Assembly (NCBI GenBank): GCA_041577295.1
Contig: JBFGJG010000005.1
Span: 1 to 64,000, forward strand
Direction of reading: 5' to 3'
DNA: 64,000 nucleotides
Source: Gemmatimonadales bacterium
Lineage (GTDB): Bacteria; Gemmatimonadota; Gemmatimonadetes; Gemmatimonadales; GWC2-71-9
Shown: piece by piece, positions 21,646-32,313 of the stretch
Numbering within the stretch: the stretch's first letter is position 1
How the letters are laid out: every line of letters starts with the position of its first letter
Translations under genes and position numbers: made by a program
Notes under the pieces: model-generated
What the model saw: the letters and a program-made list of their open reading frames with translations, nothing else
What the model was told of the DNA's origin: nothing
Databases searched by the model: none

Positions 21646-22833
21646 TCAGGCGGCGTGTTTCACCGCCTCCATGAGATCGGCGGCCGCCCGGGGATCCTCC
21701 CAAGTGAACAAACGCACTTTTCTCCCTTCCACGTCCGCATCTCGCGGCGTGCGGCCAAAATGCCCGTAGGCTGCCGTGGCACGGTAGATCGGCTTGCGGA
21801 GATCGAGGGCTTCGATGATGCCCTTGGGGGTGAGGTCGAACACTTCCCGCACCGCGCGCTCGAGCGCGGCATCCGGCACCGAGCTGGTGCCAAACGAATC
21901 GACCATGATCGAGACGGGATCGGCGACGCCGATGGCGTAGGCCAGCTGCACCTCGCATCGCTTGGCAAGACCTGCGGCCACGATGGTCTTGGCGACCCAA
22001 CGCGCGGCGTACGTGGCGGAGCGATCGACCTTCGAGGGGTCCTTGCCGCTGAACGCGCCACCGCCGTGCCGGGCGGCACCACCATACGTGTCCACGATGA
22101 TCTTACGGCCGGTCAACCCGCAGTCTCCTTGGGGACCACCGGTTACGAATCGGCCAGTGGGGTTGATGTAGAACTGCACGCCTTTGCTCTCGAGTCCCGA
22201 CTCTGTGATCACCGGATCGATGACGTGAGCGCGCACGGCTTCCTTGAGATCGGCCATTGAGACGTCTGGTGCGTGCTGGGTGGACACGACTACCGTCTTG
22301 AGCGCGACGGGGCGGCCATCCACGTACTCGACGGTCACCTGGCTCTTGCCGTCCGGGCGAAGCCACTTCAACTCGCCGCGCTTGCGGACGTCCGCCAGTT
22401 GGTACGTGAGCCGATGCGCCAGCAGGATGGGCATGGGCATGAGCTGCGGCGTTTCGTCGGTCGCATAGCCGAACATCATTCCCTGATCGCCGGCACCGCC
22501 GGTATCGACACCCATCGCGATATCAGGCGACTGCGGATCGATGGAGGTGAGGATGGCGCAGGTCTTTGAGTCAAAGCCGTACGAACCGTCAACATAGCCG
22601 ATGTCCTCCACGGTACGGCGGACGACATCCGGAACGTTGATATGGACGTTTGACGTGATCTCACCCGCGACGACCACCACGCCGGTGGTGACGAGCGTCT
22701 CGCACGCCACCCGCGCGGTTGCGTCTTTCGCGAGGATAGTATCGAGAACGGTATCGGAGATCTGATCGGCCATCTTGTCCGGGTGGCCTTCCGTCACCGA
22801 CTCAGACGAGAAGATATAGCGGTGAGAACCCAT
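21646..22833 (-). CDS. metK: S-adenosylmethionine synthetase
   Basis: [39 protein letters not shown]; alternative ATG at 22845. Confidence 0.97.
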   Translation of the reverse strand: MGSHRYIFSSESVTEGHPDKMADQISDTVLDTILAKDATARVACETLVTTGVVVVAGEITSNVHINVPDVVRRTVEDIGYVDGSYGFDSKTCAILTSIDPQSPDIAMGVDTGGAGDQGMMFGYATDETPQLMPMPILLAHRLTYQLADVRKRGELKWLRPDGKSQVTVEYVDGRPVALKTVVVSTQHAPDVSMADLKEAVRAHVIDPVITESGLESKGVQFYINPTGRFVTGGPQGDCGLTGRKIIVDTYGGAARHGGGAFSGKDPSKVDRSATYAARWVAKTIVAAGLAKRCEVQLAYAIGVADPVSIMVDSFGTSSVPDAALERAVREVFDLTPKGIIEALDLRKPIYRATAAYGHFGRTPRDADVEGRKVRLFTWEDPRAAADLMEAVKHAA

Positions 22834-22846
22834 GGTTTTTTTCATC

Positions 22847-24658
22847 CTAGATTTGCGCCCTCAAAGTAGCTGCTCCACGATCGCCGGGCAACCGACGAAC
22901 ATCCAGTAATTCTGGGTCAACCTGTTTTGCGACAGCATCTTCCAACATCTCTCTCACATCCTTTGCCGAGGTGACGTGCAACGCTTCCTCGGCAACCTCT
23001 TTGGCTGGTCCGACGTCGACTTGTCGGACGAACCATCGCACCAGGGGCAGCGCATTCGGTGCTACGCTGAACACCCGATACCCCAACCCCAAGAGGAGAA
23101 ACGCCGCCAGCGGGTCTGATGCCATCTCACCGCACACACTGGGCTCGCGTCCGGCGTTGCGCGCTGCATCCACGATGCGCTTGAGCATACGCACCACGGC
23201 GGGGTGAAGCGGTGTGAACCGCGCCGCTAGGCGCGCGTTACCGCGATCCACCGCCAGCGTATACTGGGTGAGATCGTTGGTGCCCACGCTGATGAAGTCG
23301 CTGCGTCGGGCAAGCTGATCTGCTAGCAGCGCTGCAGCCGGTGTCTCGATCATGACGCCCACTGGCAACGTGTCCGATGCGTTGACGCCGTCACGGCGCA
23401 GCGCGTCGGTCGCCTCCGCCACCAGCCTTTGGGTGCGCGTGACCTCGTCCAGCTCCGTGACGAGCGGCAACATCAATCGAACATCCCCGTAGACACGTGC
23501 CCGTAGGATCGCTCGGATCTGCGTCTCAAAGATCTCGGGGTGGTCGAGACAGACCCGGATCGCGCGCCACCCGAGGAACGGGTTTGCCTCACGAGCTGGC
23601 CGGAAGGGCGCCGGGAACTTGTCCCCCCCGAGGTCATAGCTGCGTACGACCACGGGCCAGCCCGTGAATCGCTGCGCCACCCGTTGGAAGAACCGTGCCT
23701 GCTCATCCTCCGTCGGGAGCTCCGTTCGTCCAAGCATGAGGAACTCGGTTCGGAGGAGCCCCACCCCCTCTGCCCCGTGATGCAGCGCGTTCTCCAGATC
23801 CTCCGGGAGATCGAGGTTGCCCCGCAGGCTGACCTCCGTGCCGTCCAGCGTCACTGCCGGCTGGCCCACCGCGGCCTCGAGCTCGAGGACCAGTGACCGG
23901 CGGCGGCGATCCCACTCTTCGGCGTCGGCGATCTCCTCGTCAGTAGGATCGAGGAGCACCGTACCCCTGGCGCCATCCAGGATCACCTGCGCACCCGTCT
24001 TGATTCGGTCCAGCCCGCCCACCAAGCCCATGACACAGGGGATTCCCAGGCTGCGTGCGAGGATGGCCGCGTGCGCCACCCTGGTGCCCTCTTCGCTCGC
24101 GAATCCCGCGACGTGCTCGCGCTCGAACTGCACGGTCAAACCCGGGGTCAACTGCCGGGTAAAAACCACCACCGGCCGGCCGTCGGGACTGTGCAACACC
24201 TCATCGACCGGATGACCCACCAGGTTCTTGACGACGCGGAGCGAGATGCCGGCGAGATCCGCCGTGCGCTGCCTGAGCAGAGCGTTGGTAGACTGTCCCC
24301 AGCGGATGCGCATTTCGAGCGCTCGGAATTCGAAGGCGCGCTCCGCGGTGAGAAGATTGTCGCGAATCAGCAGCTCGATGGCACCAAGGAAGTCCTCGTC
24401 CTCCAGCATGAGGATCTGCGCGTCGAAGATCTTGGCTTCCTCTGGGCCCGCGCGCTCTTCGGTGCGCACACGCAGGTCTTCCATCAAACTTTTGACTTCG
24501 GCGATTGCTTCATAAAGACGTGCAACTTCGGCTTCGACGTTCTCGGGTGCGACCTTACCCGTGTCGACCTCCGGAAGCTCCCAGTCCACGATCTGCGCCG
24601 GGCCAATGGCGATACCGGGCGAGACGCCGATTCCCTGCAGCAGGCGGTCGTCGCTCAC
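22847..24658 (-). CDS. ptsI: PEP-protein phosphotransferase (PTS enzyme I)
   Basis: [24 protein letters not shown] (phospho-His), [39 protein letters not shown]. Confidence 0.95.
   Translation of the reverse strand: MSDDRLLQGIGVSPGIAIGPAQIVDWELPEVDTGKVAPENVEAEVARLYEAIAEVKSLMEDLRVRTEERAGPEEAKIFDAQILMLEDEDFLGAIELLIRDNLLTAERAFEFRALEMRIRWGQSTNALLRQRTADLAGISLRVVKNLVGHPVDEVLHSPDGRPVVVFTRQLTPGLTVQFEREHVAGFASEEGTRVAHAAILARSLGIPCVMGLVGGLDRIKTGAQVILDGARGTVLLDPTDEEIADAEEWDRRRRSLVLELEAAVGQPAVTLDGTEVSLRGNLDLPEDLENALHHGAEGVGLLRTEFLMLGRTELPTEDEQARFFQRVAQRFTGWPVVVRSYDLGGDKFPAPFRPAREANPFLGWRAIRVCLDHPEIFETQIRAILRARVYGDVRLMLPLVTELDEVTRTQRLVAEATDALRRDGVNASDTLPVGVMIETPAAALLADQLARRSDFISVGTNDLTQYTLAVDRGNARLAARFTPLHPAVVRMLKRIVDAARNAGREPSVCGEMASDPLAAFLLLGLGYRVFSVAPNALPLVRWFVRQVDVGPAKEVAEEALHVTSAKDVREMLEDAVAKQVDPELLDVRRLPGDRGAATLRAQI
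22863..22891 (-). promoter_or_regulatory. Candidate sigma70 promoter for metK inside the 3' end of the EI gene
   Basis: Minus strand TTGCCC-N17-TACTTT, about 30 nt upstream of the metK ATG. Confidence 0.45.
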
Positions 24659-24936
24659 TCGGTCTCGCTCATCTCAAACTGACGCTTCACGAGATCGGCC
24701 AACGCCCGTGCGGCGTCCTCGGCGTCGTCACCCTCGGCACGGATCACCAGCTCGCTTCCGCACTCTGCCGCGAGGGTCATGACGCCCATGATGCTCTTGC
24801 CGTTCACCATCATTCCGTCCTTGGTGACCGAGATCTCCGACGTGTACTTGCCGGCCAGCTTAACAAAGGCAGCGGCAGGACGTGCGTGCAGCCCGAGCCG
24901 GTTCACGACGGTAGCACGAAGCTCGGCTATGGCCAT
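24655..24936 (-). CDS. ptsH: Phosphocarrier protein HPr
   Basis: NRLGLHARPAA (His15) and NGKSIMGVMTLAA (Ser46); ATG at 24936. Confidence 0.95.
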   Translation of the reverse strand: MAIAELRATVVNRLGLHARPAAAFVKLAGKYTSEISVTKDGMMVNGKSIMGVMTLAAECGSELVIRAEGDDAEDAARALADLVKRQFEMSETE

Positions 24937-25667
24937 AGGAACCCCGCGAAGAACGCCATGGCCACGACTCCAAGCCCGAAGCGCAGCCCCCCAAACGCGG
25001 GGGCAACCCAACGGGCGATGATCACGCCCACCGCCGCGACGAGGGTAACCCCGATCCTGGCGTTAAGCGCCAGATCCTGGACCAGCCACGCTGCTACGAG
25101 GGGCAATGCCACCCCAATGGCGAGGGCAGAGGCTGGGGCGGCGATGCGGAGCCCGCGTCGGAGCAGGGGGGCTCCCAGCGCCTTGGCGATCCCCGTCCCG
25201 TGCTTCCACCCGGCTCCCAGCCCCCAGGCCCGAAGAGTGAAGTGGGCCGCGTTGTATGCTATCAGGAAGGTAACGGCTCCGACCGCCGGTGTGGTGATCG
25301 CCGATACGGCCAAGCCGATCCCCGCAGACGTCGGGAGCAAACCGGCCCAGATGAGCTTGTCTCCTAGGGAGCCCAGCGGCCCTACCAGGGCACCGCGGAG
25401 CCGACGGACGTGCTCACTCGGGACGCTGTCGTGCTCAGCACGCGCCACCGCCCCGATGGCAATACCAACCATGTATGGGTGGGCGTTGAAGAACTGACTG
25501 CCCCTCCCCACCGCCTCCCGATAGCGGCCCCCGTTTTCGCCTCCCGGGAGATCCCGGAGGAGCGGCTCGAGCGCATGTCCCACCCCCACGCCGAGCATCC
25601 GATCGTGATTCCAGGATGCCTGGATGAGCAACGTGCGCAGCCAGCTGCGCATCATCCCGCGCTTCAT
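24927..25667 (-). CDS. PTS mannose/fructose/sorbose family IID
   Basis: IQASWNHDRM, FFNAHPY, GPLGSLGDKLIW; ATG at 25667 overlaps the IIC stop. Confidence 0.92.
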   Translation of the reverse strand: MKRGMMRSWLRTLLIQASWNHDRMLGVGVGHALEPLLRDLPGGENGGRYREAVGRGSQFFNAHPYMVGIAIGAVARAEHDSVPSEHVRRLRGALVGPLGSLGDKLIWAGLLPTSAGIGLAVSAITTPAVGAVTFLIAYNAAHFTLRAWGLGAGWKHGTGIAKALGAPLLRRGLRIAAPASALAIGVALPLVAAWLVQDLALNARIGVTLVAAVGVIIARWVAPAFGGLRFGLGVVAMAFFAGFLWP

Positions 25668-26329
25668 GCGAAGACCACCCACGCGGTCCCCACGGCGAGC
25701 CCGACCACCAGCCAACGGAGATCCAAGCCGCGTCCGGCGAGCTGCATCCCGCCGGACAAGGCAGTTCCAACCGCGGCACCGATGGCGGCGACGGTCATCA
25801 ACACCGCCCCGCCGAGTGAGGGAACGACCACCGTTGCAAGCTCGGCCAGTAGCAGCCCAATCGCGGTGATTACGAGCGCACGGGTGGCGTCGCGACCGAG
25901 CCCGCGATAGTGCACTGCCGCGACGACGCTCGGATCACCAGCATCGATCGCCGTGGCGTGCCGACGGACATCCGCCGCGTTACGGCGTCGCACGAACTGC
26001 ATCGCTCCGCCCCCGATGTAGGCGACGAGCAGACCTACCAGCGTCGCGATCCCAGTGCCCAGGATAGTGGGAGCGTTTGCGACGGTCGCAGCGCCGGCGA
26101 TGGCACCCAAACCGTAGTCCGGGTATCGGGATGCACCGACCGGTAAGACGCCCAGGGCAAACAGCTCGAGCACGGCGCCGACCACCCCACCGCCCAACGG
26201 ATCGCCGAGAATGATCCCCGCGACCGTTCCGGCTACCAGCGGGCGCGCGATCATCAGCTGGATGACGCTGACCAAATCTAGACCGACCAGGGTTCCCCAC
26301 CCGATCAGCGCGATCGCCGCCATGCTCAC
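25664..26329 (-). CDS. PTS mannose-family IIC
   Basis: MIARPLVAGTVAGIILGD, LELFALGVLPVGA; hydrophobic; lies between IIB and IID. Confidence 0.88.
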   Translation of the reverse strand: MSMAAIALIGWGTLVGLDLVSVIQLMIARPLVAGTVAGIILGDPLGGGVVGAVLELFALGVLPVGASRYPDYGLGAIAGAATVANAPTILGTGIATLVGLLVAYIGGGAMQFVRRRNAADVRRHATAIDAGDPSVVAAVHYRGLGRDATRALVITAIGLLLAELATVVVPSLGGAVLMTVAAIGAAVGTALSGGMQLAGRGLDLRWLVVGLAVGTAWVVFA

Positions 26330-26799
26330 AGAATCTCCTCGAGAGGCACGGCGCGGGCGGATGGCACGTCCTGCGCTGAGATCTTCACACCTCCCGTCCG
26401 AAGCGCTTTGAGCTGCGATGCTTCCTCGTCAGACATGTAGACGTATGGCAACCGTTTGACCCGACCGGTGCCGTCGTGGAGACCACCGAGGTTGATGCTG
26501 GTGATGCTCGGGACGGCTTCGCAGAGCCGCACGGCCGCGTTCACGTTCGCTACGAGAATGATCGTCTTACGCGATGAGTTCGCCCACTGGTCCATGCGGT
26601 CGGGCGCGCCCGCGACCGAAACGAACTCGACCTCGAGGTCTGGCGGGGTTCCCAGGGTATACAGCTCGCGCTGCCACTCGCTCTGGGCCACGTCATCGTC
26701 GACAACCACGATGCGCTTGGCACCGATAGACTTGACCCATGCGACGACCACTTGTCCGTGAATGAGGCGATCATCGACCCGCACGAGCGTTACTGGCAT
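26326..26799 (-). CDS. PTS mannose-family IIB
   Basis: [20 protein letters not shown]. Confidence 0.93.
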   Translation of the reverse strand: MPVTLVRVDDRLIHGQVVVAWVKSIGAKRIVVVDDDVAQSEWQRELYTLGTPPDLEVEFVSVAGAPDRMDQWANSSRKTIILVANVNAAVRLCEAVPSITSINLGGLHDGTGRVKRLPYVYMSDEEASQLKALRTGGVKISAQDVPSARAVPLEEIL

Positions 26800-27173
26800 T
26801 GGATCGCCTTAATGGATTCGGTTCCACTCGCGGCAGCGCGCTCGGCGGCTTCACCGGCGGACAGGTTCCGATTGTACACGAAATCGAGCAGCATCGGGAG
26901 ATTCACCCCGGCCACCAGCGCTACGTTCGCTCGGTTCCTGAGCTGACCAAGCGCTGCGTGCAGGCAGCTCCCGCCCGCCATATCCACGAAGACAACTGCC
27001 GGCCCGTCTCCAACGGCTTCCAACACACTCTTACCAAGCGCTTCCCTGCTCGTACCCGTATTACTGACGGCAACCAGGGCATCGGCCTCACCGGTGATCA
27101 CGGTGACCGCCTCGGTGAGCGCTGCCGCGAGCGAGGCGTGTGTGACTACCACACCTTTCAAGGTGTCACTCAT
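26790..27173 (-). CDS. PTS mannose-family IIA
   Basis: [26 protein letters not shown]. Confidence 0.9.
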   Translation of the reverse strand: MSDTLKGVVVTHASLAAALTEAVTVITGEADALVAVSNTGTSREALGKSVLEAVGDGPAVVFVDMAGGSCLHAALGQLRNRANVALVAGVNLPMLLDFVYNRNLSAGEAAERAAASGTESIKAIQCQ

Positions 27174-28140
27174 AGTCTTCGGAGAGGTATTCGCGGAGCT
27201 CGGCTTGTTCGGCCATCTGTCGAATGAGACGCTGATTGAACTGGTGCGCTGAGTCTACGCCGCTGTAGCGGAGCAGATGATTCATCGCAATCACCTCGCA
27301 GATGACCGTTATGTTCTTCCCCGGGTTGAGCGGGATCACGGCCATGGGGAGCTCGACGCCGAGGATGTTCGTGGTCTTGGTGGTGAGACCCGTCCGTTCG
27401 ATGTCCCGCTCGCTGTCCCACTCCGCCAGCTCGACGACGACCTCGATGCGTTTCTGCTGTCGTACCGCACGGACGCCGAAGAGGGCCATGGCATCCACGA
27501 GGCCCACCCCCCGGATCTCCATGTAGCGGTGGGTCATCTCGTGTGACCGACCGATGAGAACGTCTGCCCCGCGCTTGCTGATATGAACCACATCGTCCGC
27601 CACGAGACGGTGACCCCGCTCGACCAGGTCGAGCACGCACTCGCTCTTTCCAATCCCCGATTTCCCTACGAACAGGAGCCCGACACCGTAGACGTCCGCC
27701 ATCGAGGCGTGCATGGTGCATGTCGGGGCGAACACTTCCAGCAAGTAGGGCGTAATACGGCGATAGAAGTCCGCCGTCCCAAGCTTGGATCGAAGAACAG
27801 GAACGCCGCGATCTTTTGCCAGACGTAGCAACTCGCGTGGGACGGCCTGACCTTTCGTCACGAACACGCACGGAAGCTCCGAATCGAGAAACGTGGCCAG
27901 CGATTCTCGCCGCTCACTCGCCGAGAGGGACTTCAGGTACGCCAGCTCCGTTTGCCCAAGCGCGTACATGCGCTGCGTCATGAAGCGGTCCGTGAACCCG
28001 GCGAGCACGAGACCCGGGCTCGCGACTTCCGGCACGCCGATGTTGCGGTCGAGCCCCATCTCTCCCGTGAGTACCTCCAGCTGGAGCGACTGACCCTTCC
28101 GCTCGATGAGGTCTCGAACGGTGAGCTGAGGCTTGCGCAC
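27166..28140 (-). CDS. hprK: HPr kinase/phosphorylase
   Basis: [40 protein letters not shown]; start placed at GTG 28140 just after the hpf stop. Confidence 0.95.
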   Translation of the reverse strand: MRKPQLTVRDLIERKGQSLQLEVLTGEMGLDRNIGVPEVASPGLVLAGFTDRFMTQRMYALGQTELAYLKSLSASERRESLATFLDSELPCVFVTKGQAVPRELLRLAKDRGVPVLRSKLGTADFYRRITPYLLEVFAPTCTMHASMADVYGVGLLFVGKSGIGKSECVLDLVERGHRLVADDVVHISKRGADVLIGRSHEMTHRYMEIRGVGLVDAMALFGVRAVRQQKRIEVVVELAEWDSERDIERTGLTTKTTNILGVELPMAVIPLNPGKNITVICEVIAMNHLLRYSGVDSAHQFNQRLIRQMAEQAELREYLSEDYE

Positions 28141-28144
28141 TGTG

Positions 28145-28462
28145 CTACTCAGAGCTGGTGCTGCTGCGTGTTGCGGGACGGCGTCGCCGCGGCGCGTTCT
28201 TGCCAAGTTGACTTCGGAGTTTTTGGACCGCCCCATCGAGGGCGGATTGAAAGTCATCGGCCTCGTCGGCCGCTATCTTGACGCGTCCCCGTGCCAGGGA
28301 CAGATGCAACTCGACGACCTTACGCCCGTGATCGGCGTCGAAGATGACCTGGGCGTGCTGAGGTCGATTGGCGAACTTCGAGACTTTCGTCAGCAGGTCT
28401 TCCGCGCGTTCTTTCAACTCGTCGGGAATCTCGCAGTGGCGTGCTGTAACGGTCGTCCGCAT
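28145..28462 (-). CDS. hpf: HPF/RaiA family ribosome hibernation factor
   Basis: MRTTVTARHCEIPDELKE...DFQSALDGAVQKLRSQL; upstream of hprK; alternative ATG at 28486. Confidence 0.82.
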   Translation of the reverse strand: MRTTVTARHCEIPDELKERAEDLLTKVSKFANRPQHAQVIFDADHGRKVVELHLSLARGRVKIAADEADDFQSALDGAVQKLRSQLGKNAPRRRRPATRSSTSSE

Positions 28463-28482
28463 AGTGCGTTTCTTCCCTTTCG

Positions 28483-29601
28483 TCACGTGTGCACACAGTT
28501 GATGGTCTCGAGGAGGTGGAGTTCGGTCAGCTCCGCGGCCCGGTCCCAGGACAGTGTTTCCGCAAACTTCCGAGCGGCCTGCCCGAACCGCTCAACCTCC
28601 TCCGGATCGCTGGCGAACCGTAGCAGGGTGGAAGCGAGGGTGTGGGGGTCGGCGTGAGGCACCAGTACTCCAGTTTGCCCGTTTACCACGGATTCGCGCA
28701 AGCCGGGGCTGTCCGAGGCGATGGCTGGGGTCCCGCAGGCAGCCGCCTCGACGTTGCTGAGACCCCAACCCTCTTTGGGTGAAGGAAATACGTGCGCCCA
28801 CGCGGTCCGGAAGAGGGTTCGCTTGCGCTCCTCATCCACGTAGCCGAGGAACGTGACCGCCGCCCCGAGTCCCAGTTTAGCTGCCAGGCGCTCGAGACGG
28901 GGCCGGTCGTCCCCCCCGCCCGCGATTTCGAGCCGGATGTGGCCACCTCGCTCGAGCGCCAGCGCGGTAGCCTTCAGCAGGGTGTCGAGACCTTTGTAGC
29001 GTTTGATCCTACCAACGTATCGGAAGGTCGGTACCTCGCTCCGCCGCACCGCTGGATCCGGAGAAAACCAGCGAGCATCGACCCCCGGATAGATCACGCG
29101 AATCGCGTCCGCGTGCACCCCGCGCCGGATCAGGTCCTGACGGGTGCTCTCGCTGATCGCGTGAAAAGCGGCCCGGCGGTAGCGCCCCGGGATGAAACGT
29201 TCCGAGAGCCACACCACCGACGCCACGGGCCACGGGGCCTCCCGGAACGCGGTCGTACCAAAGAGGTGCGGAATGATGACGTAGAACGGCAGCGAGGTGA
29301 GGGTTGGGAGATAGAGCGGAAGTTTGTTGATGTCTTCGATGACGATGTCGTAGGCCTCCCGCTCGAGCGTCGCGCGCACCGCCCCTCGCCCCTGGAGCGC
29401 AAACGTGTGGCGCCCGCCGTACCGGCACACCTCGATCCCGGCGCGTGTCTCTCGTGGCGGGGCTCCCCGCCATCCCGAAGTCACGAGCGTCACTCGGTGG
29501 CCACGCGCCACGATCCGCTGAAAGATCTCGAAGAAGTGCACCTCGGCACCACCCGCCATGGGATTCGCGAGGTCGAGCCAGTTGACCGCGAGGATGTTCA
29601 C
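28483..29601 (-). CDS. Glycosyltransferase family 4
   Basis: NPMAGGAEVH, YVGRIKRYKG, PSPKEGWGLSNVEAAACGTPAIASDSPGLRESV. Confidence 0.92.
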   Translation of the reverse strand: MNILAVNWLDLANPMAGGAEVHFFEIFQRIVARGHRVTLVTSGWRGAPPRETRAGIEVCRYGGRHTFALQGRGAVRATLEREAYDIVIEDINKLPLYLPTLTSLPFYVIIPHLFGTTAFREAPWPVASVVWLSERFIPGRYRRAAFHAISESTRQDLIRRGVHADAIRVIYPGVDARWFSPDPAVRRSEVPTFRYVGRIKRYKGLDTLLKATALALERGGHIRLEIAGGGDDRPRLERLAAKLGLGAAVTFLGYVDEERKRTLFRTAWAHVFPSPKEGWGLSNVEAAACGTPAIASDSPGLRESVVNGQTGVLVPHADPHTLASTLLRFASDPEEVERFGQAARKFAETLSWDRAAELTELHLLETINCVHT

Positions 29602-30008
29602 AAGCGTCCGGCACGGCGCGCGAGGCGATCGAGGACCCCGTTGACGAACGGCGGCGCCTTAACACCAGCGAAGCGGTGTGCGAGGCGCAGCGCTTCGTCG
29701 ATCACGACACGCGGTGGCGCGTGCTCGGTGAGCAGCTCGTGAAGCCCGATGCGCAAGATGTTTCGCTCGATGAGGCCGACGCGCTCAGGTCGCCAGTGCT
29801 CGATCACCTCGCCGACTTCGCGGTCGAGCTCGTCGAGCCGGTCAATCACCGCGGCCGCAAGCGAGCTGCCGGCGGTGAGTGCTTCATCCCGAGGAACGCC
29901 CATCATCACGAGCCGATCGGTGAGCTCGCGAATGGGTTCGTGCTGGAACTCGCGCATGTAGAGGAGTTGGAGCGCGCGGGCTCGGGCCCGGCTCTCGCGT
30001 CTAATCAC
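29598..30008 (-). CDS. nusB: Transcription antitermination factor NusB
   Basis: RARARALQLLY, HWRPERVGLIERNILR, PPRVVIDEALRLA, FVNGVLD; follows ribH; start GTG 30008. Confidence 0.93.
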   Translation of the reverse strand: MIRRESRARARALQLLYMREFQHEPIRELTDRLVMMGVPRDEALTAGSSLAAAVIDRLDELDREVGEVIEHWRPERVGLIERNILRIGLHELLTEHAPPRVVIDEALRLAHRFAGVKAPPFVNGVLDRLARRAGRL

Positions 30009-30471
30009 GGGCGTCGAATTGCTCCAGGGCACGTAGCGTCTCCACTGCCGCCTGGGCGGCTTCCGCCCCTTTGTTGCCCGCGTCACCTCCCGAACGGGCC
30101 AGCGCCTGCGCCAGCGTGTCGCATGTAAGTAGGCCGAACCCAATGGGGATCCCCGACTGGGTCGCGATGTCGGTCAGTCCGTTGGTGGCGGCCCCCGCCA
30201 CGAAGTCAAAGTGCGGTGTCTCGCCACGGATGACCGCACCGAGTGCGACGGCCAGCGTGTAGCGGCCCGTGTCGAACCCGCGGCGAACGGCGACGGGTAG
30301 CTCGAAGGCCCCAGGGACCCAGATCACGTCGATGTGGTCGGGAGAGTATCCGGCTTCCGCCAAGGCGGCGGTGGCGCCGTCGAGGAGCTTGCGCGTGACA
30401 CCCTCGTTGAACCGGCTGACGACGACGAGGGCGCGGTTGGCGCGAACGCCAGCGGCGCGCTTGTGGGGCAT
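30001..30471 (-). CDS. ribH: 6,7-dimethyl-8-ribityllumazine synthase
   Basis: VSRFN, VPGAFELP, GAVIRGETPHFDFV, NKGAEAA. Confidence 0.96.
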   Translation of the reverse strand: MPHKRAAGVRANRALVVVSRFNEGVTRKLLDGATAALAEAGYSPDHIDVIWVPGAFELPVAVRRGFDTGRYTLAVALGAVIRGETPHFDFVAGAATNGLTDIATQSGIPIGFGLLTCDTLAQALARSGGDAGNKGAEAAQAAVETLRALEQFDARD

Positions 30472-31679
30472 CAGTGCGCGATGAGGTGTCCGAGTTTGTC
30501 GCGTTTCGCAGCCAGGTAGGCGCGACGCTCGTCCGACGGATCGGGGTGGACGATGGGAAGGCGCTCCACGATCTGTAGACCGTACCCATCGAGTCCCACG
30601 AGCTTCCGCGGATTGTTGGTGAGCACGCGGATGGCGCTGAGCCCGACGTCGACCAGGATCTGCGCCCCAATTCCGTAATTGCGTAGATCGGGGGCGAAGC
30701 CGAGCCGCTCGTTGGCCTCGACCGTGTCGTGCCCGGTGTCTTGGAGCTCGTAGGCCTTGAGCTTGTTCAGGAGTCCGATTCCCCTGCCCTCCTGATCCAG
30801 GTACACGATGACCCCGGCACCCTCCTTTGCGATCATCTGCATGGCGCTTTGGAGCTGCCAGCCGCAGTCACACCGAGCCGACCCAAAGACGTCGCCGGTG
30901 AGACACTTGGAATGCATTCGCACGAGCACGTTCTCTCGGCCAGCCACCTCTCCAAACACGAGCGCGACGTGCTCGGCGTCGTCGACGTCGTTGCGGTATC
31001 CGATCACACGGAAATCACCGAAGCCGGTTGGGAGGCGCGCTTCCGCCACGCGGTGCACGAGGCGCTCATTCTGCAACCGGTAGGAGACGAGCTGGGCAAC
31101 GGTAATGAAGGCGATGTCGTGTTCCTGCGCGAACGACTCGAGCTGTTCGCGCCGCATCATGCTGCCATCGTCGGCAAGCACCTCACAGATCACGCCGGCC
31201 GGATACAGACCGGCGAGCCGCGCGAGGTCCACGCTCGCCTCGGTCTGCCCCACCCGTTGCAGCACACCCCCGCGGCGCGCACGGAGTGGGAAGACGTGGC
31301 CCGGACGGCGGAGATCCGATGGTTCGGTAGCCGGATCGATCGCAACGAGAATGGTCTTGGCCCGGTCCCAGGCCGAAATCCCCGTGGTCACGCCAAACCG
31401 CGCCGCGGCGTCGATGCTCACCGTGAATGCGGTCTCGTGCGCTTCGGAGTTTTCCTCGGACATCTGGGGCAACCCCAACGCCCGACAGCGTTCCGGTGTA
31501 AGGGTCAGGCAGATCAATCCCCGACCGTGCTTGGTCATGAAGTTGATCGTCTCGGGCGTGATGTGTTGTGCTGCTGTGACCAGGTCGCCCTCGTTCTCAC
31601 GATCCTCGTCGTCTGCGATGAGCACGAGCTTCCCGGCCCGTACGTCCTCGATCGCTCGCTCTATCGGTGCAAATGGCAT
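30471..31679 (-). CDS. ribBA: Bifunctional DHBP synthase / GTP cyclohydrolase II
   Basis: DDEDRENEGD, RPGHVFPL, VRMHSKCLTGDVFGSARCDCG, QEGRGIGL, LTNNPRK. Confidence 0.96.
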   Translation of the reverse strand: MPFAPIERAIEDVRAGKLVLIADDEDRENEGDLVTAAQHITPETINFMTKHGRGLICLTLTPERCRALGLPQMSEENSEAHETAFTVSIDAAARFGVTTGISAWDRAKTILVAIDPATEPSDLRRPGHVFPLRARRGGVLQRVGQTEASVDLARLAGLYPAGVICEVLADDGSMMRREQLESFAQEHDIAFITVAQLVSYRLQNERLVHRVAEARLPTGFGDFRVIGYRNDVDDAEHVALVFGEVAGRENVLVRMHSKCLTGDVFGSARCDCGWQLQSAMQMIAKEGAGVIVYLDQEGRGIGLLNKLKAYELQDTGHDTVEANERLGFAPDLRNYGIGAQILVDVGLSAIRVLTNNPRKLVGLDGYGLQIVERLPIVHPDPSDERRAYLAAKRDKLGHLIAH

Positions 31680-31689
31680 CGTCGTTCGC

Positions 31690-32313
31690 TCACTGCTTGA
31701 TCGGCGTGAAAGCAGACTCGCTGGCCACGCGTGCCTGCAACACTTGCCGTACATACTTACCGATCACATCGGCTTCCACGTGGACCCGTGCGTTGGGTGT
31801 CAGGCTACCAAGGGTAGTGTGTTCGCACGTGTATGGGATCAGAGAAATCTGGACCACGCCGTGCTCCGGCACGTCATTCACGGTCAAGCTCACACCGTCG
31901 ACGGTGATCGAACCGTGTGCTACCGTCACCTCGGCCACATCCGGCGGGACCCTCAGATCCACCAGCGTGGTATCGCCATGGGATCTGACATGCCGCACTT
32001 CGGCAACGCCATCCACGTGCCCTTGGACGAGATGGCCCCCAAACCGGTCGCCGGCCCTCATGGCGCGTTCAAGATTGACTTCCGTCCCGGTGCTGATGTC
32101 GCCAAACAGGGTGCGCCCGCGCGTGGTCGCCACCGCGTGGACCTGAAACCAGCCTGGGCCCGTTTCCACCACGGTGAGACACGCGCCGTTGACCGCGACG
32201 CTCTCGCCCAGCTCGAGATCGTCGTACGGTGCCGCGATCGTGATGGTGAGCCGATCACCATCGCGATCGAGTGCGGTCACCTTGCCGCGCGCGGTCACAA
32301 TCCCGGTAAACAT
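31690..32313 (-). CDS. ribE: Riboflavin synthase
   Basis: MFTGIV N-terminus, SVAVNGACLTV, GGHLVQGHVDG, GSITVDGVSLTVN. Confidence 0.96.
   Translation of the reverse strand: MFTGIVTARGKVTALDRDGDRLTITIAAPYDDLELGESVAVNGACLTVVETGPGWFQVHAVATTRGRTLFGDISTGTEVNLERAMRAGDRFGGHLVQGHVDGVAEVRHVRSHGDTTLVDLRVPPDVAEVTVAHGSITVDGVSLTVNDVPEHGVVQISLIPYTCEHTTLGSLTPNARVHVEADVIGKYVRQVLQARVASESAFTPIKQ

Noticed and set aside
21601..22860. SAM or SAH riboswitch upstream of metK or ahcY
   Set aside because: Gaps are only 13 and 45 nt and lack the conserved motifs.
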